DNA of 64,000 nucleotides from Guillardia theta CCMP2712 (GCF_000315625.1 NW_005434595.1:1-64000), one strand, 5' to 3'. Positions 1 through 13,057 are shown, counted from the stretch's first letter. Numbers and translations are program-made. The notes: generated by a model not told the origin, from the sequence alone.

Positions 1-354
1 CAACGACGAGAGTACAATTAAGGAGTAAAGGAGCAGGGGAAGGAAGGGATTCAATACTTGTCCTTGGCTGTCCTCCATCTGTACAGCCCCTCGAGCTCTC
101 CCGTGCTGTTGAATTCTCGTGTGAGCGGATTCATCGGCAAGGGACGAGGAGGAGGGAGGGAGCGAAGTGGAAACCTGAAAACTCCTCCACACCGTCTCCT
201 CCCTGTGTTTTTCCTCCAGTTGTTGTAGTCTTGGAACACCTGATGATGGAGACAATGAGCTGTTGGAAGTTTTGATGATGATGATAGTGGTGATGATAGT
301 GAAAAAGATGACATTGTTGTCTATGTTCTTGTTGTTGCTTATGACGACGACGAC

Positions 355-393
<39 letters not shown>

Positions 394-645
394 AAGGAGG
401 AGGAGAGGGAGAGGGAGGTTGAGAAGACTGAAAGGCAGGAGAAGCGCAGGTGTAACCTCAAATTCCATGCTGAATCGGAAGGGATCGATCACCCACACGA
501 CAGCGTCGCTATCCATCAGAGCTGCCTGCATCTTGCGTGTCATCCTCCCTCCTCCCTCCCTCCCTTACATCTCCTCTTACTCCTCCCTCACCGCCCTCCA
601 TCGTCTCCTACTCCCCCTGTCTCAACCTCGATCTGTTCCTGCTCC

Positions 646-684
<39 letters not shown>

Positions 685-1975
685 TCTCCTCCTCCTCTGG
701 TGACCTTGCAAGTAGCGAAGTGGAGGGCCACATAGGGAGACTTCGTCCAGTCAAGCAGCCTTGTGGGAAGTCCATGATGCTGCTCATTATATCAGATTGA
801 TTTCCTCTTCATCTTCCTCCTCTTCCCCTCCCCTGCATCCCGTTCCTTTTCCTTCATATCTCCCTCCGATTTTCGCTGCCCTCCCAACCCCCTCCTCAGG
901 TCTATTATCAACCTGAGCTAATGCCAACCACTCCCAGAGAGTGGGAGAAGGACCCAAGTTCGCCATGCCGTAGGCGTACCTGACGTGTATGAGACAATGT
1001 TTGGCAAGGGTCATGTGAGCGGGCAGAATGAATTGAGTTGGTGTGTGGGATGAAAACACCATCCATGATCGAGGACACTGAAATGGTGCGCAAAACAAAC
1101 AAGAAGTGTAAACAGCGCAGAGAACGTCATGCAACATCGCACACAAACAAGGTCACATCACGAGGTTCACAAATAATCACGTTAGAAAGCAAAAGACAAG
1201 ATTGGATGTCACAGCATCACACAGGTCGAGTTTCATCTACTCACTTCTTGAAACTCTCCACCATCCCTTCTTCCAGCCTCCTTGCGGCTTCCAGGGACAC
1301 AGCACGCCGCCCATCACCATCCATGACAAGCCGCTGAAGTGACGTGAGCAGCTTCATGTTCACATCTGGTACTCCTCGGAACCTACGGACAAGTCAGACA
1401 GGAGCAGGAGAAGGAGTAGGAGTAGGAGCAAGAAAGCTTACAGCTTGAGTGGACGATGACCGTTTGTCTCATCCCAGGAGTCAAGGAACAGAAGATCATT
1501 GAGATGTCCGAAGCTCTTCGCGACGAGCGTCTCCCCTCGCATGCCAGGCTCAGTCTCTTCGGGGGAGAGAGGAGGAGGCATCAGCTGACGTATCATCTTG
1601 ATCTTGTCAACCTGACGGCAGCCAGTCAGCTCCGACCCCAACAAGCACGTCGGATCTTGACACCTGCGAGAGGCTCGAGTCGCTGGTAAGCTTCTGTATC
1701 TCTTGTAACACGCCGTTGAGCTCATTCTCCTCCCTGTTGTTGAACGACGACCTCGATCCCCTCTTCTTCATCCCCATCACAAGCCCCCTCTCACATCGCA
1801 CTCGACAAGCTGCCTTCGACCCAGACCTTGGAGCGAGAAGATGAGAAGGACGTTGAAAGAACAACAAGTTTGCAGAATCCTCTGAAATGACATTCACTTG
1901 TGCCAGTAGCCCGATGCAGGATTGCTCAGCTTCTAGCGGCAGTGACGCAAGGAGCAGCAGCCATAAGAGCATCAT
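1..1975 (-). CDS. FRG-domain protein with N-terminal signal peptide; multi-exon, probably continues off the left edge
   Basis: Manual splicing at GT-AG introns gives PLKL-FRG-VPD (exon starting 1382), [22 protein letters not shown] (979-913), [25 protein letters not shown] (779-705) and [11 protein letters not shown] (~510-480). These match the FRG family signature (FRG...[17 protein letters not shown].SP.VAL.FA). Hydrophobic N-terminus [16 protein letters not shown]. Confidence 0.88.
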
Positions 1976-4011
1976 GATGGTGCTTTCTTATACGTGTGAT
2001 ATGAGCATATAGCCTTTTCTGTTCCCTTTCGGCCCTGACATGAACATCAGAAACGCATGATCATCAAATCAACCTCCAAACTGAGCAAAAACACATTTTG
2101 ACGTTTCGACTCTATTTCGATTTGGTGACGAGCGAATGATATCATTATATTGAGCATATTCAGCTTTAAACCAGCCATCAACGCATTCCATGAAAGGTTT
2201 GCGATGAAACAAGGTTTCAAGTGATAGTAGCCCCTTCTCAGCATGATGTTACATCTAAACCTGATCTTTCTCGCATCATCTTCCGTGTACTAAGTTTGTG
2301 GTCTTCAAGGAGCGCCTCCTCCTCCTCCTCCTCCTCCTCCACTTTCTTCATATAATAATTTCTTTCCTCTAATACCGCTCCCCCCATTCACCCGTCACTG
2401 CGCTGCGGGAGATCTTCATTTTCTGTTTTGTACATACGTCCTAATCACTTTCGTTAATCCTTTGCTTTCAATCAAGACTGCCCGTCCCTCCTCCATTCCA
2501 TCTCTCATCTACAGTTTACCTCCCTTGTATCTCTCCGTCCTCCTATCCTCTTCTCTCCTCTCCTCCTCCTCCTCCTCCTCCTCCTCCTCCTTGATGGCCC
2601 TCACGCCATGAAATCTTTCGGCTACCAGTACACCTCCTCATCTACCACCCACCCTACCCAGATGATTTCATCCACCCTGGTTTCAATGACCCCCTTACTG
2701 CCACCAAGTACCCTGCCTTCTCATATTAATACCACCCCTGCCTTCTATACCTACCCCCCTAATAGATCTGATGACCCCACCCTGAGCACTCACACATTAG
2801 TAGTGGCCCAAGGACTCCTTCAATTTATTACCCCACCCCCATCATTCCTGCATTTCGTTGGGTAGAGGGTGGGGTACTGGCCTTTGGGGCACAACTACTA
2901 GAACGAGCTCAGAAAGCTTTAGGATAATCAGGTTATGAGCCTTATTCCTTACAAGCCGCCGGGCGACTGTCCGGGCCGCCAGTGAACTCGGGAATCACAC
3001 TGAGGCGAGCCTGGTGTTGTAACTGTGAAATGTCGCCGGCGGAGTTCCGGTCCGAGAGGAGGAGAATCTCGAGATTGGAACGAGGTCTGTGACCCACGCC
3101 ACGTGACCCACTGACAGTTTTTGGCTGCAGTAAAATACCAAAAAAGTGATCGATTCTGGCCGTGCTCCTCTGGAGAGGTCCATTGGTTGGATATGTGACT
3201 TTGATTAGAGCTCCACTTATAGAATGTATGCTCTTGCTCCCCAAGGTATGTCACTCCTTTCGTTTTAAAACTGTTTTTTCAGCATTAATCAGTATTTTAT
3301 AACTAGTGCTTATGTAACGAAGGAGTTGCCTGATCCGAGAGTCAGGGTCAAGGGATGCCTACAATGTATTATGATTCAACATAAGAAAATACCTCTCTAG
3401 ACCCCCTAACTTTTTCACACTGCACCTTCCGGCCCCTCGGTCTTTACAATGAACCCAACGCATGTTTACCCACCCCCCCCAAAAATGAGTTGCAACCCTC
3501 GGAAGTAACTGAGTACCCCTCTTCTCACTGGTTCAGGAGGGGGTACCTTCACCAAGAATAGAACCCCACCTTTAGGCCAGGATTGTTCTCCTGATATCTC
3601 CTCTGACTTTAGTTACTCGCTCCCCTGTCCCCCGCCGCCTCGATCCCCTCCTCTCCTCCTCCGCCTTCCTACCCATAAGAACTTTCATTCCCTCCTCCGC
3701 CTTTCCACCTGTAAGAACTTCCTCCGTCCTCCTCTTCTCCAAGTCTTCCATCTGCAACTTCTTTCATTTTTCAACTTCTTGCATTGAAGACGAGCAGCTC
3801 CAACAGCCTTTTCCACATCTTTTCTTTTGGAATTTCTAAGGAGGATTTTTTTGACTCTACCTATTTCTGAGATAAGAAATCTGTTCTCATTGTATTTCTC
3901 TAGACCTCTGGACCCAAATCTTCACTTCCTCTCATTTCTTTCCGACGGATTTCGGGGGTTCCTTCTCTTTTCTTCCGCTGCAATCAGTTTTTTGCTGGAG
4001 TTTGATCGACA

Positions 4012-4476
4012 ATGAACAAGATAGGCTCCAACTCAATGGATTCGTTACTTATGGCTGAACATGCTGCTTTGCTCAAGCAAAAATTACATGGTGAAATTGC
4101 AGCTCTGCAGGCGCAGCGGCACGCGCTTATGTGGGGAGCTGTCTCTTACATCGTTGTTTTCTCCATTTTTCTCATCGTTTTTTCGCTTAGAAATAGAAAA
4201 CCGCAGGAAGGCAAAGCATACAAAATGAAGTCCATGAACGGCAAGGCTGTTCAGCCAATGAGGAAAGTGCGGAGCTTCTCAGAAAGCTTCAACACCAAGA
4301 TGAGATCTGCGAACAACTCGTGGATGGTTGCAAACAAGGCGAGCAGTGGGAGCAGATTCTATGCCAACCAGATCAATGCGATGCGTTGTCACTCATTCGA
4401 TCGAAGGCCTTCCGAGACAAGCCCTGAGTATTCCAGATGCTTGACTGTTCGTCCTTTCAAACCCATGCATGCTTGA
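4012..4476 (+). CDS. Intronless orphan protein, 154 aa, one predicted TM helix
   Basis: ATG-initiated ORF with a coiled-coil-like segment, hydrophobic stretch ALMWGAVSYIVVFSIFLIVFSL and a basic Ser-rich tail. No family recognised. Confidence 0.6.
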   Translation: MNKIGSNSMDSLLMAEHAALLKQKLHGEIAALQAQRHALMWGAVSYIVVFSIFLIVFSLRNRKPQEGKAYKMKSMNGKAVQPMRKVRSFSESFNTKMRSANNSWMVANKASSGSRFYANQINAMRCHSFDRRPSETSPEYSRCLTVRPFKPMHA

Positions 4477-4701
4477 AATGGCAGGCATGGCGGGGGCGAG
4501 CAATCTGTGTAATAGTAATCAGGAGCTAGAATTTGCAATCGGCTAACTATTTTTGTCTGTATGTGATTAAGTTGCCATGTGGAATAAACAAAGAAATTAT
4601 CAAGATTTAGCAGGATCAGAATGATCTTGTTTTGCGGCATCTTTCTATTAATGGCTCCTCTGCTGGTGAAATGGTCGTGAGGTTCGTGAGATGAACGATG
4701 G

Positions 4702-4852
<151 letters not shown>

Positions 4853-6093
4853 ACGAACCAAAAAACCAACGAACACCTCCATATGAAAACCGGTGGTTGA
4901 TTCTTGTGCAGGGGAGGGTCGATTGTTTGAGTGGACTCGTATTGGATGTTGTGGCCGGATGCGGAACGTGGTAAGTCACTTGTGTATTGAATGTTGCTAC
5001 TTTTTCAGACGATCCGAACTAAGCCAGAAAAGTTGTGCAATGCAGGCGATGAAAGGATGTTGCGCTTTACTCGAGTACAGCAGACCAAATGAAATACCAG
5101 GACAGTATAGAGCGGTTGACTTTGAATCTATCAGTAATGAGATGCGCAGAGAGAGTGTAACAAGGAGCCTCGTAAAAAAGACATTAATTCATTGATTGTC
5201 ATGTGCAGTCACATTGACATCATATCTATCAAATAACAAAAAGAAAGAGGATTGGGATTGTCATACGGAAACTAAGATGTAAAGTATCAAATTGTCAAAC
5301 TTCGGAGCCAAAGTAGCCTGTATTTGTAGAGGAACTGTCCACACAACAAGACCTTTTCGGTTTTCCTTGACTTTTCAAGGACTTTGATGAAATCATGAAT
5401 GAAATGAGCAACAATGACGAAATCAACAGTGGCAGGACTCGATTGAATGCTGTGTGCAACAAAACGGGACGAGGTGAGATATGGAGCAAGGAGAGCAGGA
5501 GAGGACCAAAAAGATGGGGAAGGCGGGGGAAGAGAGGAGGGGAGGAGAGGGGAGGAGAAATGGGGGGAGGGATAAACAATGTGATTGACGAAGGAGATTG
5601 GGGGGAGGGGGGCGAGGGGGAAGTGAGGTTGGAAACGAGGAAACGAGGAAAGAAGTAACGAAGGGATAGAGGGGAGGGAATGGAGGGAAGGGATAGAGAA
5701 ATTGGATGGAGAGGAGGCGATGGAAGGGATGCAGGGGCAGGGAGAATCGAACGTCAGGAGCAGGCCTCCTAGCAGGAGGGGGGCGGTGGGTTGGTTTCTT
5801 ACGGGGTGGGTGGGTGGGTGGGTGGGGGGTAGGATAGGGGGAGGGGGGGGGGTCCGTCTAAAGTTGTCTTCGGTAAGTCAACTATCTGGTAGTCGTACCC
5901 CCCTTTTCGCCTATTGACTGTCAAGATTACCCCTGAAAACAATGTGTAAATGAGGGGTGTTGATATACCCCCACCCCCTAAGGGGGCCGTTGGGGTGAAA
6001 GAGCGGATCAGAAAAGCTTTGGTACAGGTAGAGAATGAGGGAAGGGGGAGGAGAGAGGAAGAGAGATTAGGAGTGAGATGAGAAAAATCAATC

Positions 6094-6493
6094 TCTGACT
6101 CTGACTCTGACTCTGACTCTGACTCTGACTCTGACTCTGACTCTGACTCTGACTCTGACTCTGACTCTGACTCTGACTCTGACTCTGACTCTGACTCTAT
6201 CTTCATCTCCATCTCTATCTCTGTCTCTGACTCTGTTTCTGTTTTCTTTTTCTTGGTTTATTTGTCTGGCACTCNNNNNNNNNNNNNNNNNNNNNNNNNN
6301 NNNNNNNNNNNNNNNNNNNNNNNNNNNNNNNNNNNNNNNNNNNNNNNNNNNNNNNNNNNNNNNNNNNNNNNNNNTCTCACTCTCAATCTCTGACTCTGAC
6401 TCTGACTCTGACTCTGACTCTGACTCTGACTCTGACTCTGACTCTGACTCTGACTCTGACTCTGACTCTGACTCTGACTCTGACTCTGACTCT
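6094..6493. repeat. (GACTCT)n hexanucleotide microsatellite, present on both sides of an N gap
   Basis: Two arrays (about 6094-6197 and 6390-6493) with near-identical flanks around the gap at 6275-6374. Confidence 0.95.
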
Positions 6494-6632
6494 ATCTTCA
6501 TCTCCATCTCTATCTCTGTCTCTGACTCTGTTTCTGTTTCTTTTTCTGGTTTATTGTTTGGAATGACTTTGATCATTTCTAGCCTTCAAGAATACTTGCA
6601 CGGCAATATTACAGCAAAATCATGGCGCGAAA

Positions 6633-8980
6633 ATGAACAGTGACTTCACATCTAGTCTGCTGCAGACATTCAGGACTGTCATCCCGAAATCTGTCCAGGA
6701 AAGGACGATGAATGGAGTCAACAAGTCAAGGAGCGATGGCGCTGGCACGAGAAACACTGAGAGCAGGGACATGAAGTACAGGGGAGGTTGTAAAGAGATC
6801 AAGCTGCCTATGATTGAGTCAGCCGCTCAACACTCGTTTGTTTCATCGCTGTTCGACATTCGCGCTCACGATGATGCGGGAAAGAAATCTTTTACAAAGC
6901 TGCAGAGGCTCGAGGTACAACATGCAGAAATTTCTCGGCAGCTACTCAACTGTGATTGTTGCAGAAGATCTCGACAAACCAAGGCAGACCGAAACTGAAA
7001 GGTGAAGACGATGATAGACTTGAAACCTTCCTTCTCACATTTGTACCTTTTGCTGTCAGGGTTCAAAATTCCGGATGAAAACACATGCAAGAATGCAAGA
7101 GTCGCTTTCCGATCCAAGTATTATCATGGCGGTAAGGACTTATTTGCGCTCATCTCCTCTTAACATAACACACTTTGTGCAGAAACAAACTGGAAGATCA
7201 AAGGGAAGGTCGACCAAAGCCTTGCAAGGTAAACAACAAAGTCAGATGGCATTCGAATCACTTATGGACATGCAGGCTTGCTATTCTTGAAGCAGAGAAC
7301 TACAAGACACGAGCTGAATGCCAACTTGCTGAGATTCTCAACTGGGAAGACGTAGAGAAGATCGTCTCTGCTGAACAGTGCAACTTCATCGTCTATGATC
7401 TTCTGGACTCCTGTGGAGGAAAAGCGGGAAGAGCAGAAACAATCATCATGTGGTTCCTCAACAAACATGCCGAAATTGTTGCCTGGGAGAGTGTGGAGGT
7501 TGGTTTTCCCCATCTCCTACTGCCACAGCGACTTGCGCCCCCTCCTCGGCTCCCTGTTCCTACTCCTCGTCCTCGTCCTCGTCCTTGTCCTGTCCTCTGC
7601 AATCTGAATGTCAGCTTGCAGGTTCAGTCAGTCCTGCAGGGACCGGGCGGAGATCATTTCATCGAGACGATAACGAGCAGCATGGAGGACTCAATCAGAA
7701 TCTACGGCAACACGATCCTAAGGAAACTTTACAGTCTCTGTATCCTTCCTGTCGAAGAGTGTCTTCAGTCTTGCCAAGAGCTCGTGCTGGTCCCCTGCGG
7801 TGCTCTCAGTATGATCCCTTGGTCGGCGCTGGTCAGCCGTCGAGGTCGGTTCTTGGTGGAATCTCATCATATTCGAGTTGTTCCCAGCCTCCTCCTCATG
7901 AAGAAAGTGCTCGAGCACAGCAGGAACAGCCCCCTGTGCATTCCAGAGAGGGCAAGAAGGAGAGCTCTAGTGGTAGGGAATCCCTTCCCGACCTCCTTCA
8001 ACTACGGCACGGGCAACGTGGAGGACGGAGAACTGATTCATGCGGGAGCAGAGACCGAGGAGGCAGAGGCTTGTCTGGCAGGCAACGACTTCTCCGTCTG
8101 CACGCTGAGTGGAGGGGAGGCAACAAGAAGCAACTTCTTCGATGCTGCTCGGGACGCTGACTGGCTTCATCTCGCCGCCCATGTGGAGAACTCGAACATC
8201 CTCATGGCCATGAAGGGAGTCAGACAAGACCCTGACAGCAAGCGTCATCACCCTGACCCCGTGGAGTTCGACGACGGCGTCGTTCAACCGCGACAGATTG
8301 AGCAGGAGCTCAAGCTAGCGGACGGAGCCGTCGTCTTCCTAAGCGCCTGCAACGCCTGCACCAGCAGCGAGGCGCTGTTTAGACTTTGCCGAGCTTTCAT
8401 CACAGCAGGAGCAAGAGCCGTCGTGCTCAGCATCTGGAGCTTGATCGACGAGAGCACCTCGACCCTCATGCGCCGAGTCTATCGCAGCATGCAGCACGGC
8501 CTTACGGTGCACGGGGCCCTCCGGTGAGCATGAACTCTTTCTCTTCCGCCTTCAGCGCTCACGATCCTGCAGTGAAGCCATGCTTCAACTAGCAGGACGA
8601 AAGTTCTGCCCTCCCGGTGACCGACTTGCCTTGTGGGATGACCCCGAGACACCCTTCCACGACCTGCCCTACAGGCAAGACAGCAGCTCCTCCTTGTCTG
8701 CTCCCTGCCCCTCCTGCCCCTCCTCGTAGAAGGAATTTCCCTTCCCCACCTCCTCCTCCTGCTCCTGTCTTCTCCATCATTTTCTTTCTGCCATTGTCGC
8801 AATTCCTTCTTACGTGAATTCTGCAGCCGTCCTCTCCACTGGGGAGGTCTAATAGTAGTTGGGACTTGTGCACGATTGCTCAAGAGAGAAAAGCAATCGT
8901 CATGGCAACGAGCGAACAGCGTCATGGGAATAACAACAAAGGTTGATCTGCTTCGTCGGTCGACAGACAAGGTTTTGTGA
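6633..8980 (+). CDS. CHAT-domain (clan CD caspase-like) protein, multi-exon; 5' structure uncertain
   Basis: CHAT motifs in order: ELVLVPCGALSMIPWSAL, RFLVESHHIRVVPSL, ALVVGNP, LSGGEAT, WLHLAAH, VVFLSAC, LCRAFITAGARAVVLSIWSLID. The last exon gives PLHWGGLIVVG (from ~8827) with TGA at 8978-8980. Confidence 0.88.
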
Positions 8981-9607
8981 TGTGATGTGATGTGATGTGA
9001 GGTGTACAGAAGAACGAAGTGAGAATGAAAATTTTATGTAATTTGAACAACATTCAGATCTGCTTAAAAAAGAGAAATCGTATGAGACAAGACTGTAAAC
9101 TTCATCCAAGCTTTGTGTTTCCACTGATCAGCACTTTATACCGCCCAAACATGAGCAGCAGGTTCAAGGAGTGAATGATTCCGAAGTTTGCTAAGACAGG
9201 AGATGATCTGGTGTTTGTACACATCAACGACAACCTCGCAGTCGTTTGTTTTCACCCCCAAGGGTTTCAGCTCACATGCAATTCTCTTATTTGACAAGAC
9301 GACGAAGTCACACCACATGAATAAACTGCATCACGGAATAGGATCTACAGGGATGATTGGCAAAGTGTCCTCTAAATATTCTGGCATGAATTTGCAAAGG
9401 GTCACAAACACAAGACGTCTCGCTACAAAGATTACGTCAGGAAACAATAATGGATGGCCAAAGACAGCGCAAGCAAATATTGCCATTGGATATAACCAAG
9501 GCTAGTCTCGAGGCAGTTTCCACAAGCATTCTCCCTTCTCTTCTCCTTCCTCCGTGAACCCAACAACTCAACTCACGCAATCTTGCAAGCTCCTCCTATA
9601 TCATCCT

Positions 9608-9679
9608 TCCCCCTGCTCCCCCTGCTCCCCCTGCTCCCCCTGCTCCCCCTGCTCCCCCTGCTCCCCCTGCTCCCCCTGC
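9608..9679. repeat. 9-bp minisatellite (TCCCCCTGC)x8
   Basis: Perfect direct tandem repeat. Confidence 0.95.
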
Positions 9680-10511
9680 GCCCTGCATCGACCTCACACC
9701 TCAGTCACCAGATTCGACTGTTACACTGTAACGGTGAGGCACAAACAAGGCATCTTTAAATCAGTTGTAACAGGGCCATCAGACTGTAACCCACCCCACC
9801 AGTGGCGATAGTTGTATTTGTGGGGGTGGGGGTCTTATCCCCCCCGGCGAAGGGGTCAAAATTAAAAGTATTTCATTCGAATCTTTTAAAAGTAGTTGTA
9901 GAGAGCATGTGTAGTAAACTCTTGAGTCATGGTCTTAGTTCCGATAAGTTGCGATATCCTGACCTTTTCTTGTAACGGAAATGAAACGGCTGCTGTAACT
10001 GTGGTGGGAGTCAACTTCCTGGGTGGGTCATTGTCAAGCATAAGAGGGGGTAGGGGTAGTGACCAGCTGTCTGTTTTAACGAAACGACGAGATGTCATGT
10101 CGGTTCCTATGAACATCAACTATGTACCCGTCCCTTTGACTTCCATAGTACCCCTACTGCATATCTGTAACAAACCAATTATAAACAAACCGAGTCCTCT
10201 AAAACTCCACCACTCCACTTGACCTCTTGGAAATATTCAGTACCCCTCCAATAAACCTTATGTACCCCCATGTTTTACTGGAGGGTGTCTACCCCACCAC
10301 TCAGTCTTTTGCTGATTGCCCTAACGTCTACCACCCCACCTGGTCAAATCTCTGTGTGGGGATTCAACTACCCCACCCTTTGTAATCCTCACGATTTAAA
10401 TTTAACGGACCCGTATGTTGAACTTTGTACCAGGACCCCACCCTGCTCACGGACCAAGATAAAGCAGTACTCCTCACGCCTGACCGCCGAAAGGAGAAAC
10501 GAGACGAGACG

Positions 10512-11087
10512 ATGGCAGGGGTTTCTTTCCGCTCACGCTCCCATTCCCTCCATGCTTCATCCGCGTCCCTATCTTCCTCCCTGCCCTCTCAGTCACCCAT
10601 ATCCCTGCACCACCTCTTCCCCTCAGCTGCTCCAGGACCGGAGGCTTCTTCTTCGATGATCAACCATGATTGTTGGAACCATGACTTGATGGAACACTCC
10701 GAGGCTCAAGCTCCGTCCCATCAGATCCATCAGATCCATCCTTCTCTTCTCGAATCTTGCTCAGGTCCCTCCGCGGCACCTAGTGGACCGAGCTCACAGC
10801 AATGTGCTCACCCGTCCCGCATGCGTCGCGCAAGCATCGGCACAAAGGCACAGGAAGTCATTCCTCCAGCAGAAACTTCGTTGCCTGCGCCGCAGGTGTA
10901 CAAGAAAGACTCCAAGAAATCAAGGTCCAAGTCGATTGATGTTCGACACCAGTCCAATGCAAGGAAACTCTCCAATGCCATGGAAGGGTTTGAGCGCGTG
11001 GTAACCATGAAGAAACAATCAGAAATGATGAATCAACTCAAGCGACAATCTACTCCAAACATCATGTTCTCCTTTAGCGAGATGTAA
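10512..11087 (+). CDS. Intronless Ser/Pro-rich orphan protein, likely disordered
   Basis: Open frame from ATG 10512 (MAGVSFRSRS) to TAA 11087, with basophilic kinase-site-like motifs (RRAS, RSKS, RKLS, KRQS). Confidence 0.6.
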   Translation: MAGVSFRSRSHSLHASSASLSSSLPSQSPISLHHLFPSAAPGPEASSSMINHDCWNHDLMEHSEAQAPSHQIHQIHPSLLESCSGPSAAPSGPSSQQCAHPSRMRRASIGTKAQEVIPPAETSLPAPQVYKKDSKKSRSKSIDVRHQSNARKLSNAMEGFERVVTMKKQSEMMNQLKRQSTPNIMFSFSEM

Positions 11088-11836
11088 TGCAAGCTCTTGA
11101 AATTCGAATCAGAGTGAAGAATTCTTTTAATATGATCGTACACCATATGTTGTCAAGGCGATGTAGTCTTAATCGGTTCAACATACTAGTACAGCAAATG
11201 AAGAAACTCACGTGAAGGCTCCAAATAGTGATCTCGTACGCCAAACAAAGTGACAAAGTCATGTGGAAGGTTGAAGGCTGCCGGGGGTGGCATCTATAGA
11301 AGTAGGTGCGGTGTGTGGATTTGTCAGTGCAGGAACTGGTCTGAGAGGAAATAGAAAAAATGCTGATGAGAACTAAACAGGAGTACATGTGATGTGTTTG
11401 AATGAAAGTTGATTGTTGGAGTACGAGTCAACATTTCCTCTATCGCCAATGCATAGAGAGTTTATTCAGATCTCTTGTAACGAACGAGCCAAGCCAAACC
11501 CCTGCCTCCCTGCCCTTCCTCCATGCCCCAATCTCCGCCAACAGATAGCGATATCTCATTCCCTTTTTCTAACGGTAAAGAGGCTGATCAAGAAACAAGG
11601 CCGGTACCGACTTGAATAAGATATGTTTGTTTGAGAAGGGCCAGCATAGTAAATGAACTTGTGACTGGCGAAAAACTCCAAACAAATACCGTCAAAATCC
11701 TTCCGCGACCTAACAGATCTTTTTGTTCATACCCAGTCCAAACCAAAGAAAAAAAGAGGAACCAAAAGGAGAAACAAAACTCAGGAATACCTTCAGCATT
11801 TCATAACAAACAACACAAATAAAACTTTGCACCTAC

Positions 11837-13057
11837 CTAGTTGAACCACCACCCCCGAAACCCCCCACATCCTCCGCGCTCCATCCTCCACGCTTCTACC
11901 TCACAAAGAAGCTCCTCCGCCCTCGGCCTCTCCTCTGCCTTCATCGCCCATGATCGCTTCATCATGTCTCCCAGCTTCCTGGGCATCATGCGCTCCTCTA
12001 GCTCCAGCGGCCGGAAGTAGCCGTACGTCGACGCCAGCTGGGCAACTGCATGGCCGTCCATGTTGCTGAAGGGATGGCCTCCGGCGAAGATAAACCACAT
12101 CAACAGCCCGAACGAGTACACGTCCACTGCCGTCGTGTAGTCGGCTTCTCCTCGGTAGATCTCCGGAGCCATGTACCGGAACGTCCCTGTCGTCCCCGTG
12201 AGGTTGTAGCCCGGCTCGCTCCCAGCAGGGTGCTGGTCCTCCTGCTCTGGCGTCGGGCTCGTCGTGGAGGAGCGAGGGCACCGGCGGCTGACCCCGAAGT
12301 CTCCGACCTTGATGGAGCGGCCGTCAGCAGAGAGCAGCATGTTGGCTGGCTTGATGTCGCGGTGAAATACAGGAGGCGTCTGCGAGTGCAGGTACGTCAA
12401 GGCGCTCAGGATGTCCTCTACCCACGACACTGCCCTGCTGATCCTCGGTCGCCACTGCCGGCTCCGTCGCGCCTGCTTCTTGGTCTCGTAGTAGTGCTCG
12501 AGGTTCCCTCCTGGCATCAGCTCCATCACCAGCCATGGCAGCCCGCCGTGCTCGTAGATGCCGTAGAACTCCACCACGTTGCAGTGCTTGAAGCCATGGC
12601 TCATCATCTCGATCTCCTTGAGCAGCTCCTTCCCTTCCCTCGACCGCACGTCGAGCTTGGGGCACAGCGTCTTGACGGCCACGGGCCTGCCCTTGCATAC
12701 GCCTCGTCTGACCTCTCCGAAAGACCCTTGCCCGAGCAGCTCCCCGATGGTCAACGAGGAGCGACGAAGCACGAACGAGTCGCACCTCGCCAGGTCAGGC
12801 TCCTTGAGGACGGCGTGATGTGAGGCGAGCTCGAGGAGGATGGGGCAGTCCTCATTGAGGGAGGATCGCCTGCCAGAGCTGGTCTGACTTACGTGAGGGT
12901 CGGTGTGACTCTGGGAGCGGGTCGAGTCATCCAGAGCGTCGGGAGGTGTAATTTCCTGCTTGGGAGAGGCGTCGGAGGGGGGGGAGAGGAGGCTTGTTTG
13001 TGTGCTTGGGGGGGAGAACTCGAGGGAGCAAGATACGATGTGCATGTCTGTGCTCAT
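11837..13057 (-). CDS. TKL-group (Raf/MLK-like) protein kinase, copy 1, intronless
   Basis: GQGSFG, VAVK, HRDIKPAN, DFG, GTFRYMAPE, DVYSFG; 406 aa ORF. Confidence 0.95.
   Translation of the reverse strand: MSTDMHIVSCSLEFSPPSTQTSLLSPPSDASPKQEITPPDALDDSTRSQSHTDPHVSQTSSGRRSSLNEDCPILLELASHHAVLKEPDLARCDSFVLRRSSLTIGELLGQGSFGEVRRGVCKGRPVAVKTLCPKLDVRSREGKELLKEIEMMSHGFKHCNVVEFYGIYEHGGLPWLVMELMPGGNLEHYYETKKQARRSRQWRPRISRAVSWVEDILSALTYLHSQTPPVFHRDIKPANMLLSADGRSIKVGDFGVSRRCPRSSTTSPTPEQEDQHPAGSEPGYNLTGTTGTFRYMAPEIYRGEADYTTAVDVYSFGLLMWFIFAGGHPFSNMDGHAVAQLASTYGYFRPLELEERMMPRKLGDMMKRSWAMKAEERPRAEELLCEVEAWRMERGGCGGFRGWWFN

Noticed and set aside
263-800. Plus-strand ORFs with poly-Met, poly-Leu and SC repeats
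   Set aside because: Translations of intronic microsatellites on the antisense strand of the FRG gene.
6085-6560. Apparent ~190-bp direct duplication around the GACTCT array
   Set aside because: The two copies flank a 100-N gap and are near-identical; most likely unmerged contig overlap.
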